From Thermoproteaceae archaeon (GTDB lineage Archaea; Thermoproteota; Thermoprotei; Thermoproteales; Thermoproteaceae), in assembly GCA_020833025.1 (NCBI GenBank), contig JAJHRB010000041.1:1-14544 (forward strand): DNA of 14,544 nt, given 5' to 3'. Positions 1 to 8,309 of the stretch are shown in pieces. The position numbers and the translations under genes were made by a program. How positions within the stretch are numbered: position 1 is the stretch's first letter; every line of letters starts with the position of its first letter. A model generated the notes under the pieces. That model made no database searches and was not told the origin of the DNA. It worked only from the letters and a program-made list of their open reading frames with translations.

Positions 1-811
1 AAGTCTCTCGGGGCTCGAGTCCCGTGTCGTTAAAATAAACGCAAAGCTTGACGCCGCTCTTGGCAACAATATCAAGTGCGACGAGGCTGTCCTTGCCGCC
101 GGAGTAGGACACGACCACGGGCAGCCTATACTCTTCCGTGACGCTGCGGACGAGCCTCACCGCCTTCTCGGTCAGCCTCATAACTCTCCCCCTGTTCAGC
201 TCGGCGGCGTCTTTAATTGATGACGGCCTGCCAGGGGGAAGGGGGCCCCTGGCCCTCCAGGACTTTACTATGTGCAGCCTGCGCCCCCTAAAGAGCTTTG
301 CAACTCCGTGAAACCTCCCGTCCCTGCTCGAGACGGCGACGTGCCTGAACTTGACGCCGGGCAGGCTCCCCTCGATTATCCTGTCGGGATGCACGTCGTA
401 GCCTGCCGGCAGCTCCGCCATGTCTACAACGGCCCAGAACCCACGCCTCTCCGCCAGCATTAAGGAGACGGCCTCGTAGAGCGGCCTGAACCTCCAGCGC
501 CTCTCTATCACGTCGTAAAAGCGGTGCCCCACGATCCGTCCCCTCACCACGATCTCGTCTGCCTGGTCCGCGTAGCCGGGGATCTTGTTTAGCACCACGA
601 CCTCGTCCGCGGGTATCAGCAACCCGGCCAGCTGGGAGTCCCCGAACTCGTTGATCACGGCCTCTCTGGCGATCTCTATGTCTGCGGGAAATGCCGGCCT
701 GGGGTCCGCCGGCTCGGCCAGTCTGGTCTCGACAAATCTACTGCACTTATCTACCGCGTCGCCGGGATCGAGCACAGGCACGTTCAAGTCCTCGCACCAG
801 TACAGGCGCAC
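1..811 (-). CDS. Phosphoadenosine phosphosulfate reductase family (PP-loop) protein with probable PUA-type N-terminal region; 3' end runs off the window
   Basis: Hand translation from GTG at 811 is open to the window edge: MRLYWCEDLNVPVL...ADPRPAFPAD...VVLNKIPGYADQADEIVVRG...PVVVSYSGGKDSLV...YFNDTGLE. It has the PP-loop SGGKDS and the DTGxE motif. AT-rich box at 835-840 upstream. Absent from the ORF track because its stop lies outside the window. Confidence 0.85.
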   Translation of the reverse strand, partial: MRLYWCEDLNVPVLDPGDAVDKCSRFVETRLAEPADPRPAFPADIEIAREAVINEFGDSQLAGLLIPADEVVVLNKIPGYADQADEIVVRGRIVGHRFYDVIERRWRFRPLYEAVSLMLAERRGFWAVVDMAELPAGYDVHPDRIIEGSLPGVKFRHVAVSSRDGRFHGVAKLFRGRRLHIVKSWRARGPLPPGRPSSIKDAAELNRGRVMRLTEKAVRLVRSVTEEYRLPVVVSYSGGKDSLVALDIVAKSGVKLCVYFNDTGLEPRET

Positions 812-834
812 ATGCTGCCGTAAGAGGTAGCGCG

Positions 835-840
835 TAAATA
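835..840 (-). promoter_or_regulatory. Putative TATA box for the PAPS-reductase-family gene
   Basis: Minus-strand TATTTA centred about 26 nt upstream of GTG 811 in GC-rich context. Confidence 0.45.
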
Positions 841-860
841 CTTCGCCGCGCTGGTGCGCG

Positions 861-2111
861 CTAAGTCTCGTGTATGAATATTACTTGCTTACTTTCACAT
901 TGATTGAGAAATGGTGTTGAGCGACATTCCGGCTTTGTGCGGGAGTAGAGAATGTCGAACTGCACAAAATTCCTGTCCTTGGCAAGCACCTTAACAGACC
1001 TATTTATAGCTTGAGCGAAAAGGATGATATTAAACGCGTGCCTGCCTATGCACTTTTCATTACACCTGCGCTTTTCATCACACCGCTCAGGGTCATTAAA
1101 TTCTGGCAGCTCTCTCCCGTGAAGATGCCTAGCCACTTCACTAGCTTTCGCAAGATCTTCTTGCTCGACCTCTACTTCTATCGCTTTCATTTTTGCTATA
1201 ATTTCATTAAATATTTGCAAGCATAACTTTGCGGGTTTCTCGCTTCTCTGTATAAAGTACGTGAGCAACCTTTGGTCTGTTAATGTCTTGCGCAGAAGGA
1301 CTCTGGAGAACTCTAGCCTAGAGAGCTCTGAAATGAGATAGGGCTTGCATCGCTCGGCTAACAATCTACGCGCCTCGCCGCATAGCTGCCTGAGCTTAAT
1401 GTGCCTGGTGCCGCTATCAGGTCCATGTAATATCTCGCACTCGATCAGGAGAAGTAATACACTCGTATCAATTAACACAGCTCTAGTAATTAATCGCTCA
1501 TTTCGGAACTCCAGAAAGTACTCCGTGATGCCCGGCGAGAGCGCTCCGTCCAGCCCCGTGCTGCGGGCTGCCTCGACGAGGGCGCAGCTCAGCGAGATTA
1601 GTCCCTCTAGCTCCACGTTGAGACACTTCCTGGCGAGCTCTCCTGCCAGCCCCTCCTGCTGCGCCCAGAGCGCCCGGGCAATTGCGGCAGCGCAGAGCGC
1701 GTACTTAAGCTGGCCTCCCAGCGCAAATGACAGGGACTCGCCCCACATGACGAGAGGGCGCAATCCCTCCGCGCAGCCTGCCCGCCTCAAAATTACCGGG
1801 AGGTTTGCAAGAAGCGCAAGGCGCTCGCGAACACCAGCAATTTCTGCCAGCCTCCTTGTGGCGTCGCTCTCCACGAGCCTCTGCAACGCGAGATTAGCGT
1901 CCAGCCGGAATTCCCCCTCCAGCGAGCCCGCGTCGCGCACGAACTCGTCGACGCCTAGCTTTCCACTCACAAAGTCAAGATACAGCTCGTGCGCCCTCTC
2001 GTAATACCACCAGAATAGTTTTTCAAGTTCGCCGATCATCTCTCTCGGTCTCGACTTTACAGCGCTCCTCAAATTGACCTCTGCCCTCTCGAGCTCAAGG
2101 GTCTGGGCCAT
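861..2111 (-). CDS. 416-aa protein: helical N-terminal region fused to a C-terminal PIN (VapC-like) domain
   Basis: C-terminal half shows PIN-like order of motifs: AVLIDTSVLL, YLISELSRLEF, EVEQEDLAKASEV, HAFNIILFAQA, VLAKDRNF. ATG 2111 has ATTAAGTA about 25 nt upstream (2133-2140). N-terminal ~200 aa not recognised. Confidence 0.6.
   Translation of the reverse strand: MAQTLELERAEVNLRSAVKSRPREMIGELEKLFWWYYERAHELYLDFVSGKLGVDEFVRDAGSLEGEFRLDANLALQRLVESDATRRLAEIAGVRERLALLANLPVILRRAGCAEGLRPLVMWGESLSFALGGQLKYALCAAAIARALWAQQEGLAGELARKCLNVELEGLISLSCALVEAARSTGLDGALSPGITEYFLEFRNERLITRAVLIDTSVLLLLIECEILHGPDSGTRHIKLRQLCGEARRLLAERCKPYLISELSRLEFSRVLLRKTLTDQRLLTYFIQRSEKPAKLCLQIFNEIIAKMKAIEVEVEQEDLAKASEVARHLHGRELPEFNDPERCDEKRRCNEKCIGRHAFNIILFAQAINRSVKVLAKDRNFVQFDILYSRTKPECRSTPFLNQCESKQVIFIHET
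1050..1085. repeat. Imperfect 18-bp tandem duplication encoding RCDEKR/RCNEKC
   Basis: gcacttttcattacacct (1050-1067) vs gcgcttttcatcacaccg (1068-1085), 15/18 identical. Confidence 0.7.
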
Positions 2112-2146
2112 ATCTCAAGGCATTGCTTTCTTTACTTAATCACTTC

Positions 2147-4234
2147 TTACTTCTTTTTGCGCTTCCATCTGCGCAAAGTTATGGCAAGAGCCACTGCAGT
2201 GGCCGCAGCAGTGGCGCCAGCGGCAGTGCCCCAGCCCATCTGCGCGCCGCCGTGAGGAGGCTTGGGAGGCAAGAGTGTTGCGTTGCTGACGAGAACTGTC
2301 ACGTCGCGTTCAATTGCGTGAACTCCGCCGTACTGGTCATAGTAAGTCACGACGAGCCTCACGCTGTACCTGCCCGGCCTCGCCGCCCTGAAACTAAAGG
2401 ACGCCGACGCCGTTTGTTGTGGGTCTAGCTGCCCGATGAAGTAAACTGGCTGGGCCACTGGAATAAGCTCGCGGGGAGTCCTCGACTCGGCCTGAACGCC
2501 CCCGGCCGCCACGAACCCTCTGTTCGCTACTGTCGCGGAGATGTAGAAAATAGCCCCCGGCGCGATCTCTGCCGGCGTGATTGAGACGCTCACCACGTCA
2601 AGCACGGGGACCTGGAGCGCCTGGAGGTGGAACGTTCCCTGCGCCGTGCCCACGACTCCGGGCTCCACCGTGTAGACTATGGTGTAGGCAAAGGCAACAG
2701 TCCCGCTGAAACTCGCGGGAACGGCGAACGACACGGGCACCGTTATGCTCTCGAGGGGCGCCAGCGCGCCCGCGCGGAATGAGTATGTCGGGGCCGTCAC
2801 GGACGTGCTTGCTGGCGATATCGTGATTACAGCCTGCCTGATTGCGACGTCGCCGGCATTCGTAATGGTGACGTTAACTGTGCAGTTCTCTCCCGACCTC
2901 ACGAGCGGGGGTCGGGGCGTCACGATGAAGATGCTGGACGAGAGGACGGGAAGCGTGACCGTGTACTGCTCGACGCCTCTCTCGTGGCTGACGGTAATAT
3001 CAAGCGCAACGGGCTGGCCCGACAGCGGAGTTACCAGCAGACCTCCCGAGGCCTCGTTAGTGCCGCCGAAGCGGTACGGCATCGCAACGCTCGAGGCGGC
3101 ATTGAGCACGCTGACAGACACGTTAAACCTACCTGGCGCGGCTACCGTAATTGTGATATTGTTAGAGGCGCCGGCCACCAGGCGCGCCGGGCGCACGTCA
3201 ACTCTCGCCAAGCCGCCGGGCTCGCGCCGCACGGCGGCGGTGACTGACGCGCGGTCAGTGACGGGGATCCCGCCGACGTAATACGTGACCTGAGCTGCGA
3301 ACGTCACGGCGTCCGCAATGGGGTAGACGTCTAGAGCGACGCTGCCGCGCCCGCCCGCTATGGGCACGATTATGCTCGACAGCGGCGTCGCAGCGCCGGA
3401 CACTGCGATCAGGGCCGTGCCGTTCGCTGCAACAGGAAGCACCAGCGTCACGTTGACCAGGTTCAGCGTGTTCGCGCGCAGCACCTCCGGGCTAATCCGC
3501 AGCGCCGGCGGAGGGGCCGGCAGCACAGGCACCGGAGCGGCGTGGCTTATCGTCACCGGGCTCCCGAGCCAGTCTCTCGACTCGATGATGGCGAAGAGCA
3601 GCGCGCTAGGGCTGTCCGCTATGAGCGTCACAGGCACGGAGGCGCGGGTCCCGTTCACGCGGACGGGCCCCGGCGGCGATAAAATCCTGGCGCCCTGCCC
3701 CTGAACAACAAGCTGCCCGGTAATGGCGTAGGGGCTCTCAATTACTAGGACCACGGTGCTTGGCACGGCGAGATACGCCGCGCCCGACACGGTTATGTTG
3801 GCGGCTGGGTAGGGCGGCACGTAAATATTTTCGTACTCGACGCGCGTCATACCGCTGGCCAGCACGGTCCCGGCGAGCCTGTGCCCTGATGATATCTGCA
3901 CGGCAGAGGGGCACGTGACGTTGAGGGCGAGCGCCCTCACCCGCAGCGTCACATCAACAACGCCGGGTCCCGCCGACGGCATCCTGGCGCTTTCGATCGG
4001 GGAGAGGTGCCGGCACAGCGGAGACAGCGACACTGTGACGTCTACGTGCTGCTCGGAGACATAGAACGAGGCAGAGAGAAGGCCGACGTCGCCGGGAAAC
4101 TTCGGGAGGCTCTTCCACCTAACGCCGAGCCACAGGTAGTCAACGGCGCCTGCCGGCGGCGCCACAGCTTGCGCGGCCGCGTGCAGCGCGAGACACGCGG
4201 CGAGTACGGCGGCGGGCAAGACTGGCCGTCTCAC
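2147..4234 (-). CDS. Membrane-anchored surface protein, COG1361/S-layer-domain (CARDB-like Ig repeats)
   Basis: Signal-peptide-like N-terminus (MRRPVLPAAVLAACLALHAAAQA); beta-rich V/T/P repeats (VNVTITNAG, ISATVANRG, FIGQLDPQQTASASFSF, VTYYDQYG); about ten N-x-S/T sequons; C-terminal hydrophobic anchor followed by RRWKRKKK. Confidence 0.75.
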   Translation of the reverse strand: MRRPVLPAAVLAACLALHAAAQAVAPPAGAVDYLWLGVRWKSLPKFPGDVGLLSASFYVSEQHVDVTVSLSPLCRHLSPIESARMPSAGPGVVDVTLRVRALALNVTCPSAVQISSGHRLAGTVLASGMTRVEYENIYVPPYPAANITVSGAAYLAVPSTVVLVIESPYAITGQLVVQGQGARILSPPGPVRVNGTRASVPVTLIADSPSALLFAIIESRDWLGSPVTISHAAPVPVLPAPPPALRISPEVLRANTLNLVNVTLVLPVAANGTALIAVSGAATPLSSIIVPIAGGRGSVALDVYPIADAVTFAAQVTYYVGGIPVTDRASVTAAVRREPGGLARVDVRPARLVAGASNNITITVAAPGRFNVSVSVLNAASSVAMPYRFGGTNEASGGLLVTPLSGQPVALDITVSHERGVEQYTVTLPVLSSSIFIVTPRPPLVRSGENCTVNVTITNAGDVAIRQAVITISPASTSVTAPTYSFRAGALAPLESITVPVSFAVPASFSGTVAFAYTIVYTVEPGVVGTAQGTFHLQALQVPVLDVVSVSITPAEIAPGAIFYISATVANRGFVAAGGVQAESRTPRELIPVAQPVYFIGQLDPQQTASASFSFRAARPGRYSVRLVVTYYDQYGGVHAIERDVTVLVSNATLLPPKPPHGGAQMGWGTAAGATAAATAVALAITLRRWKRKKK

Positions 4235-4252
4235 GCGCGTGCGGGTGAGGCC

Positions 4253-4260
4253 ATTTAAAA
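4253..4260. promoter_or_regulatory. Shared bidirectional TATA box (ATTTAAAA)
   Basis: TTTAAA at 4254-4259 is exactly equidistant (22.5 nt from centre) from GTG 4234 (-) and GTG 4279 (+). It is the only AT-rich tract in the intergenic region. Confidence 0.6.
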
Positions 4261-4278
4261 GACTGTGCGAGAGGGGTC

Positions 4279-5502
4279 GTGCGCCCTGCTCTCGCTGGCG
4301 AGATTCTGAAACTCGCGTGGCGGGCGGCGTGGGAGCGGAAGGGGCGCACTATCGGCGCGATAGTCGGCGTGATGATCGCATTTGCGGCACTGAGTTACGC
4401 GCTGCTGATGGGGCAGACGTTCAGGGAGTACACAACGCACTACTTCACGTCCCGCCTGCTTCTTAACCAGCTAATCGTCACGGGCACGGAGCTCACAAAT
4501 GCAGACTTAGGCGCGCTGTCCTCTATCTACGGCGTCGAGGCCGTGGTGCCAATAGCGTCAGCCAGAGGGCGAGTTACAGTGCCCGGAGTCGCGGGCTCGG
4601 CCTCTGCCAGCATATATGGAGTGCGCGAGACAGACTTGCACTACATCGTGACTCCGGCGTTCATGCACGAGGGAGAGCCCGTGGTGAGACCGGGCGTGGC
4701 GCTAATCGGGTACTATATCGCTTACGACGCCTCGACAGGGCAGCGGAGAGCCGCGGCCGGGTCTGTGATTTCAGTTCACGCAGGGCGGAGATCTGTCAGC
4801 GTTGTCGTGTCTGGCGTGCTGGAGAGCGGCATGGTGGGCGTCCTCGACACCGTGAGAGGGGTTGTGCTCGATATGTCCACTTTCAGCCAGCTTACCGGCT
4901 TGGCGACGTACAGTGCAGCGGTCTTGGTTCTTCGCGACGCGTCCGTGGCAGATCGGGTGGGCGAGGAGGTCAGAGCCCTCTACCCCAGCGCCAGCGTCAT
5001 ATCGCCGAGGGCGATTCTGCAGCTAATAAACGAGTACCTCGCCTCATTTCAAGCATTTCTCGGCGTGCTTGCCGGCGTCAGCACAGTCATAACGTCCTTG
5101 TGGATTTATGACACAATGTCCATAAGCGTTATCCAGAGGACGAGAGAGATCGGCATACTGAGGGCAGTCGGCTTCAAGAGGAGGTATGTAATGGTGCTGT
5201 TCCTCGGCGAGGCCCTCATAATCGCGGCAATCGGGGTGGCGGCCGGGGCCCTGCTGCTCGCGCTGGTGCAGTACATCAGTCCTTATATTTTCAGCGTCGC
5301 GGGCCAGAGCGCGGGAGCGGGCGCCGCGGCCGGCACCTTGCGGCCGCCGCACCCGCCGTTTAGGATAACCTCGCTCGCGTTCGACCCCGCGCTAATTGCT
5401 GCTGTTGGGGCTCTCGTCGCGGCGGTGAACCTCCTGGGCGCCTTAGTGCCCGCGTACCGCGCCAGCAGGCTCGACGTCGCCGCCGCCCTCAGGCACGAGT
5501 AG
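4279..5502 (+). CDS. ABC transporter permease, MacB/FtsX-like family
   Basis: N-terminal AWRAAWERKGRTIGAIVGVMIAFAAL helix, large extracytoplasmic domain, SVIQRTREIGILRAVGFKRR motif, C-terminal LVPAYRASRLD. Confidence 0.9.
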   Translation: MRPALAGEILKLAWRAAWERKGRTIGAIVGVMIAFAALSYALLMGQTFREYTTHYFTSRLLLNQLIVTGTELTNADLGALSSIYGVEAVVPIASARGRVTVPGVAGSASASIYGVRETDLHYIVTPAFMHEGEPVVRPGVALIGYYIAYDASTGQRRAAAGSVISVHAGRRSVSVVVSGVLESGMVGVLDTVRGVVLDMSTFSQLTGLATYSAAVLVLRDASVADRVGEEVRALYPSASVISPRAILQLINEYLASFQAFLGVLAGVSTVITSLWIYDTMSISVIQRTREIGILRAVGFKRRYVMVLFLGEALIIAAIGVAAGALLLALVQYISPYIFSVAGQSAGAGAAAGTLRPPHPPFRITSLAFDPALIAAVGALVAAVNLLGALVPAYRASRLDVAAALRHE

Positions 5503-6171
5503 CCGCGTCTCTACTATCCTGCCGTCTCTCATCCTGGCGTAGCGATCGCAGTAGCCGAGCAGCTCGAGGTTGTGCGTGACCATTATTATTGTAATTCCGA
5601 GCTCACTCCTCAGCTTGAGAAACGTCTCCATGACGACCCTCGCCGACTCGCTGTCAAGGTTGCCGGTCGGCTCATCTGCGAGGACGAGCCTCGGCCTGGT
5701 GACGATGGCCCTGGCAATTGCGACCCTCTGCTGCTCGCCGCCTGATAGCTCTGCCGGCCTTTTCCTGGGGTCTATATGGCCCAGCCCGACCATCTGAAGC
5801 GCCTCCAGCGCTGCCTTGTGCCTTTCCTCTCTCGGAGACCCCTGCAGCACCAGCGGGAGCTCCACGTTCTCCAGGACGCTCATGCGCGGAACAAGGTGGA
5901 ACAGCTGGAACACGAAGCCGACATTCCTGTTCCGAAACTCGGCCAGCTCGTCATCGCTTAACTCGCCCAGGCGGACTCCCGCCACGACGACCTCGCCTCC
6001 GCTCGGCCTCTCAATGCCGCCGATTACGTGCAGCAGAGTTGTCTTGCCCGACCCCGACGGCCCCACTATGCACTGAAACGCGCCCCTGGGGACCTCCAGC
6101 GTGACCCCCCTGAGCGCCGGGTAGCTGCCGTAGTACTTCACCACGTCCCTAACGACGACCTCCGGCTCCAC
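5443..6171 (-). CDS. ABC transporter ATP-binding protein, LolD/MacB-like
   Basis: Walker A GPSGSGKT, FQLFHL Q-loop, LSGGEQQR signature, LADEPTGNLD Walker B/D-loop, VTHN H-loop. Start placed at GTG 6171 (TATA centre 24.5 nt upstream) rather than 6243 in the track. Overlaps the permease 3' end by 60 nt. Confidence 0.92.
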   Translation of the reverse strand: MEPEVVVRDVVKYYGSYPALRGVTLEVPRGAFQCIVGPSGSGKTTLLHVIGGIERPSGGEVVVAGVRLGELSDDELAEFRNRNVGFVFQLFHLVPRMSVLENVELPLVLQGSPREERHKAALEALQMVGLGHIDPRKRPAELSGGEQQRVAIARAIVTRPRLVLADEPTGNLDSESARVVMETFLKLRSELGITIIMVTHNLELLGYCDRYARMRDGRIVETRLLVPEGGGDVEPAGAVRGH

Positions 6172-6191
6172 GCGCCCTGCGCCTCTGGAAC

Positions 6192-6200
6192 ATTTAAATA
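6192..6200. promoter_or_regulatory. Shared bidirectional TATA box (ATTTAAATA)
   Basis: Palindromic ATTTAAAT; centre 24.5 nt from GTG 6171 (-) and 25.5 nt from ATG 6221 (+). Confidence 0.65.
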
Positions 6201-6220
6201 GAGTCCGCAACCGCCCGCGC

Positions 6221-7638
6221 ATGCGCGCGGGGAAAGAAAGCACCCGGCGATACTGGACTCAACGCTGAGAGAGGGCGAGCAGACACCCGGCGTTATATTC
6301 TCCGAGAAGTGGCGTGTGAGAATTGCCAAGGCTCTCTCCGACATCGGCGTGAGGATGATAGAGGTGGGGGACCCCAACGTCGCGCCGGACATCAAGTCGT
6401 CGATCAAGAGAATAATCCGCATGAAGAAAGACGGGGAAATTGAAAGCGAGATAGTCGTTCACTGCAGGGCGCTGAGGCAGGACGTGGAGAATGCGGCATC
6501 CCTAGAGCCCGACCGCGTGGCGATTTTTCACGGCGTCAGCGATGTGCACCTCAAGTACAAGCACAGGAAGACGCGCGAGGAAGCATTGCAGGCGATGGCC
6601 GAGATGGTGTCCTTCGCGAGGTCTCACGGCGTTGCCGTTAGGTTCACTGCAGAGGACGCGTCTCGTGCCGATTTGGAGTACCTGATAGCCGTCGTCAGGG
6701 CTGCTCGCGATGCCGGCGCCAGCCGCGTGAGCATTGCGGACACGATTGGTGTCTTCACGCCGGATAGGGCTAGGGAGGTCTTCGCGAGGGTCAAGGAGGC
6801 AGTGCCCGACGTCGGTCTCGATATTCACGCGCACAACGACCTGGGGCTCGCTATCGCAAACAGCCTTGCAGCAGTGGAGGGAGGCGCCGACGTCGTGCAC
6901 ACAACGGTGAACGGCCTGGGCGAGAGGGCCGGCATAACCCCGCTGCAAGTCTTCGCCGCCGCGTACTACTACCTAACCGGCGTGAAGCTCGTCAGGCTGG
7001 AGAAGCTGCCGGAAATCACGGCGCTCGTGGAGGCGGCGACGGGAATAACTCTAATGCCGAACTTTCCGGTAGTCGGCGAGAACGCATTCACGCACAAGGC
7101 AGGAGTTCACCAGGCCGGCGTGCTGGCCAGCCCAGAGACGTACGAGCCGTTCCCGCCGGAGGTCGTCGGCAGGACGCGCGAGTTCACGCTAGACAGGTAC
7201 AGCGGGAGGAAGGCCGTAAGGCATAGGCTCGAGCGCATGGGCATAAACGTGCCCGATGACGTCCTGGAGAAGGTTGTCGAGGAGGTCAAGAGGGCAGACG
7301 CGCCGAGACTCAGAGACGAGGAGCTGCTGGAAATACTCGAGAGGGTGACCGGCACGCCCTACAGGGCCAGGGTGAGCAAGATGGTGGAGGCGTACATATG
7401 GCTGAGGGTCGCGAATAATGTGTACACGACCTCAGTCGCAAGGCGGGCGGCAGCGCTCGCAAACGTGGTATCGGTTGCCGAGATAACGGGGGACTACGAC
7501 ATCGTGGTGAAGGTCGTGGCGAGCAGCATTGAGGAGCTCAACAGGACGATAGAGGAGATAAGGGGCATAAAGGGCGTGGCGTCCACGCTGACGAACATTG
7601 TGCTCAAGGAAATCCCCACTCCAGGATCCCGGGCCTAG
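6221..7638 (+). CDS. lysS: Homocitrate synthase with C-terminal RAM (Lrp/AsnC ligand-binding) domain; apparent frameshift just after the ATG
   Basis: Frame from 6250 reads ILDSTLREGEQTPGVIFS...RIAKALSDIGV, later HAHNDLGLA, GLGERAGIT, FTHKAGVHQAG, then EAYIWLRV...AEITGDYDIVVKV (RAM). The track start at 6316 drops the essential DSTLREGEQ motif. No ATG/GTG/TTG occurs in frame between TAG 6199-6201 and 6316; ATG 6221 is one base out of frame. The symbol refers to homocitrate synthase, not lysyl-tRNA synthetase. Confidence 0.85.
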
Positions 7639-8309
7639 CTGCATGAGGCTTTGTGGCGCTGGGTGCTGCCGGCGTCTACGAGACCCGCCAGCAGCGCCCT
7701 TAAGTACTTGACAAGCGGGCGGAGGCTGCGCGCCCGTATTACTACGTGTGCCGACCTTGCGACCTCCTCGTCAGACGGGTTGAACGCTATTGAGAATCCC
7801 GCCCTCTTAAGCACGGGCAGGTCCGACACGGAATCGCCCACGGCAACTGTCTCGCGCCAGCCCACTCCCAGCAGCTCGAGAATCTTATCAACTATCTCGT
7901 CTTTATTCGACTCAGCGACGTAGACCGCCACGGTTCTCACAGCGTTGTCCTCGAAAATGAGTTCATTCGTTACGTAGAAATGAAAGCAGCGAGAGAGGGG
8001 GGCCCTCGTGTAGCCTATGCCGGCAGACACCGCAATGGAGTAGACGCCCGCCTCGCTTAAGAGCGAGCACAGCTCCTCAAAACCTCTCAGCGTCCGGAAG
8101 CACGCCTCGACAACGCGGCGCGGCGCCCCGTGCCACAGCAGTGCGTCATAAAGTGCCCACTCGTAGTAGTCTATCAGGCCGAGCTTGTAAAGCGCCCTGT
8201 TGAGCCCTCCCTGTGTCTCGAGTATTGCGTGCAGTCTCTGCCACGCAGAGCGAAACGGCGTTATGACGCCATCTACGTCAAAGACGACAGCCCTGTAGCC
8301 CGCCGGCAT
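7635..8309 (-). CDS. serB: HAD-superfamily phosphoserine phosphatase-like protein (archaeal subfamily IB)
   Basis: Motif I VVFDVDGVIT, DYYEWALYDALLW cap segment, motif II IAVSAG, K in SNKDEIV, motif IV VAVGDSVSDL...IAFNP. Substrate is inferred. Confidence 0.75.
   Translation of the reverse strand: MPAGYRAVVFDVDGVITPFRSAWQRLHAILETQGGLNRALYKLGLIDYYEWALYDALLWHGAPRRVVEACFRTLRGFEELCSLLSEAGVYSIAVSAGIGYTRAPLSRCFHFYVTNELIFEDNAVRTVAVYVAESNKDEIVDKILELLGVGWRETVAVGDSVSDLPVLKRAGFSIAFNPSDEEVARSAHVVIRARSLRPLVKYLRALLAGLVDAGSTQRHKASCS

Noticed and set aside
782-799. GTTCAAGTCC...CCA resembling a tRNA T-loop and 3' end
   Set aside because: Flanks do not pair into a T-stem or acceptor stem, and it lies antisense within the PAPS-reductase-family CDS.
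784-813. ATG at 813 overlapping GTG 811, out of frame (MCACTGART*)
   Set aside because: The in-frame GTG gives a sensible N-terminus; a 9-aa product is expected by chance and there is no evidence of frameshifting.
1345-2004. 219-aa plus-strand ORF (also 2745-3281, 3360-3704, 6502-6948, 11314-12066, 13365-13760)
   Set aside because: Antisense or shifted-frame shadows of well-supported genes; S/R/A-rich, no motifs, typical of high-GC DNA.
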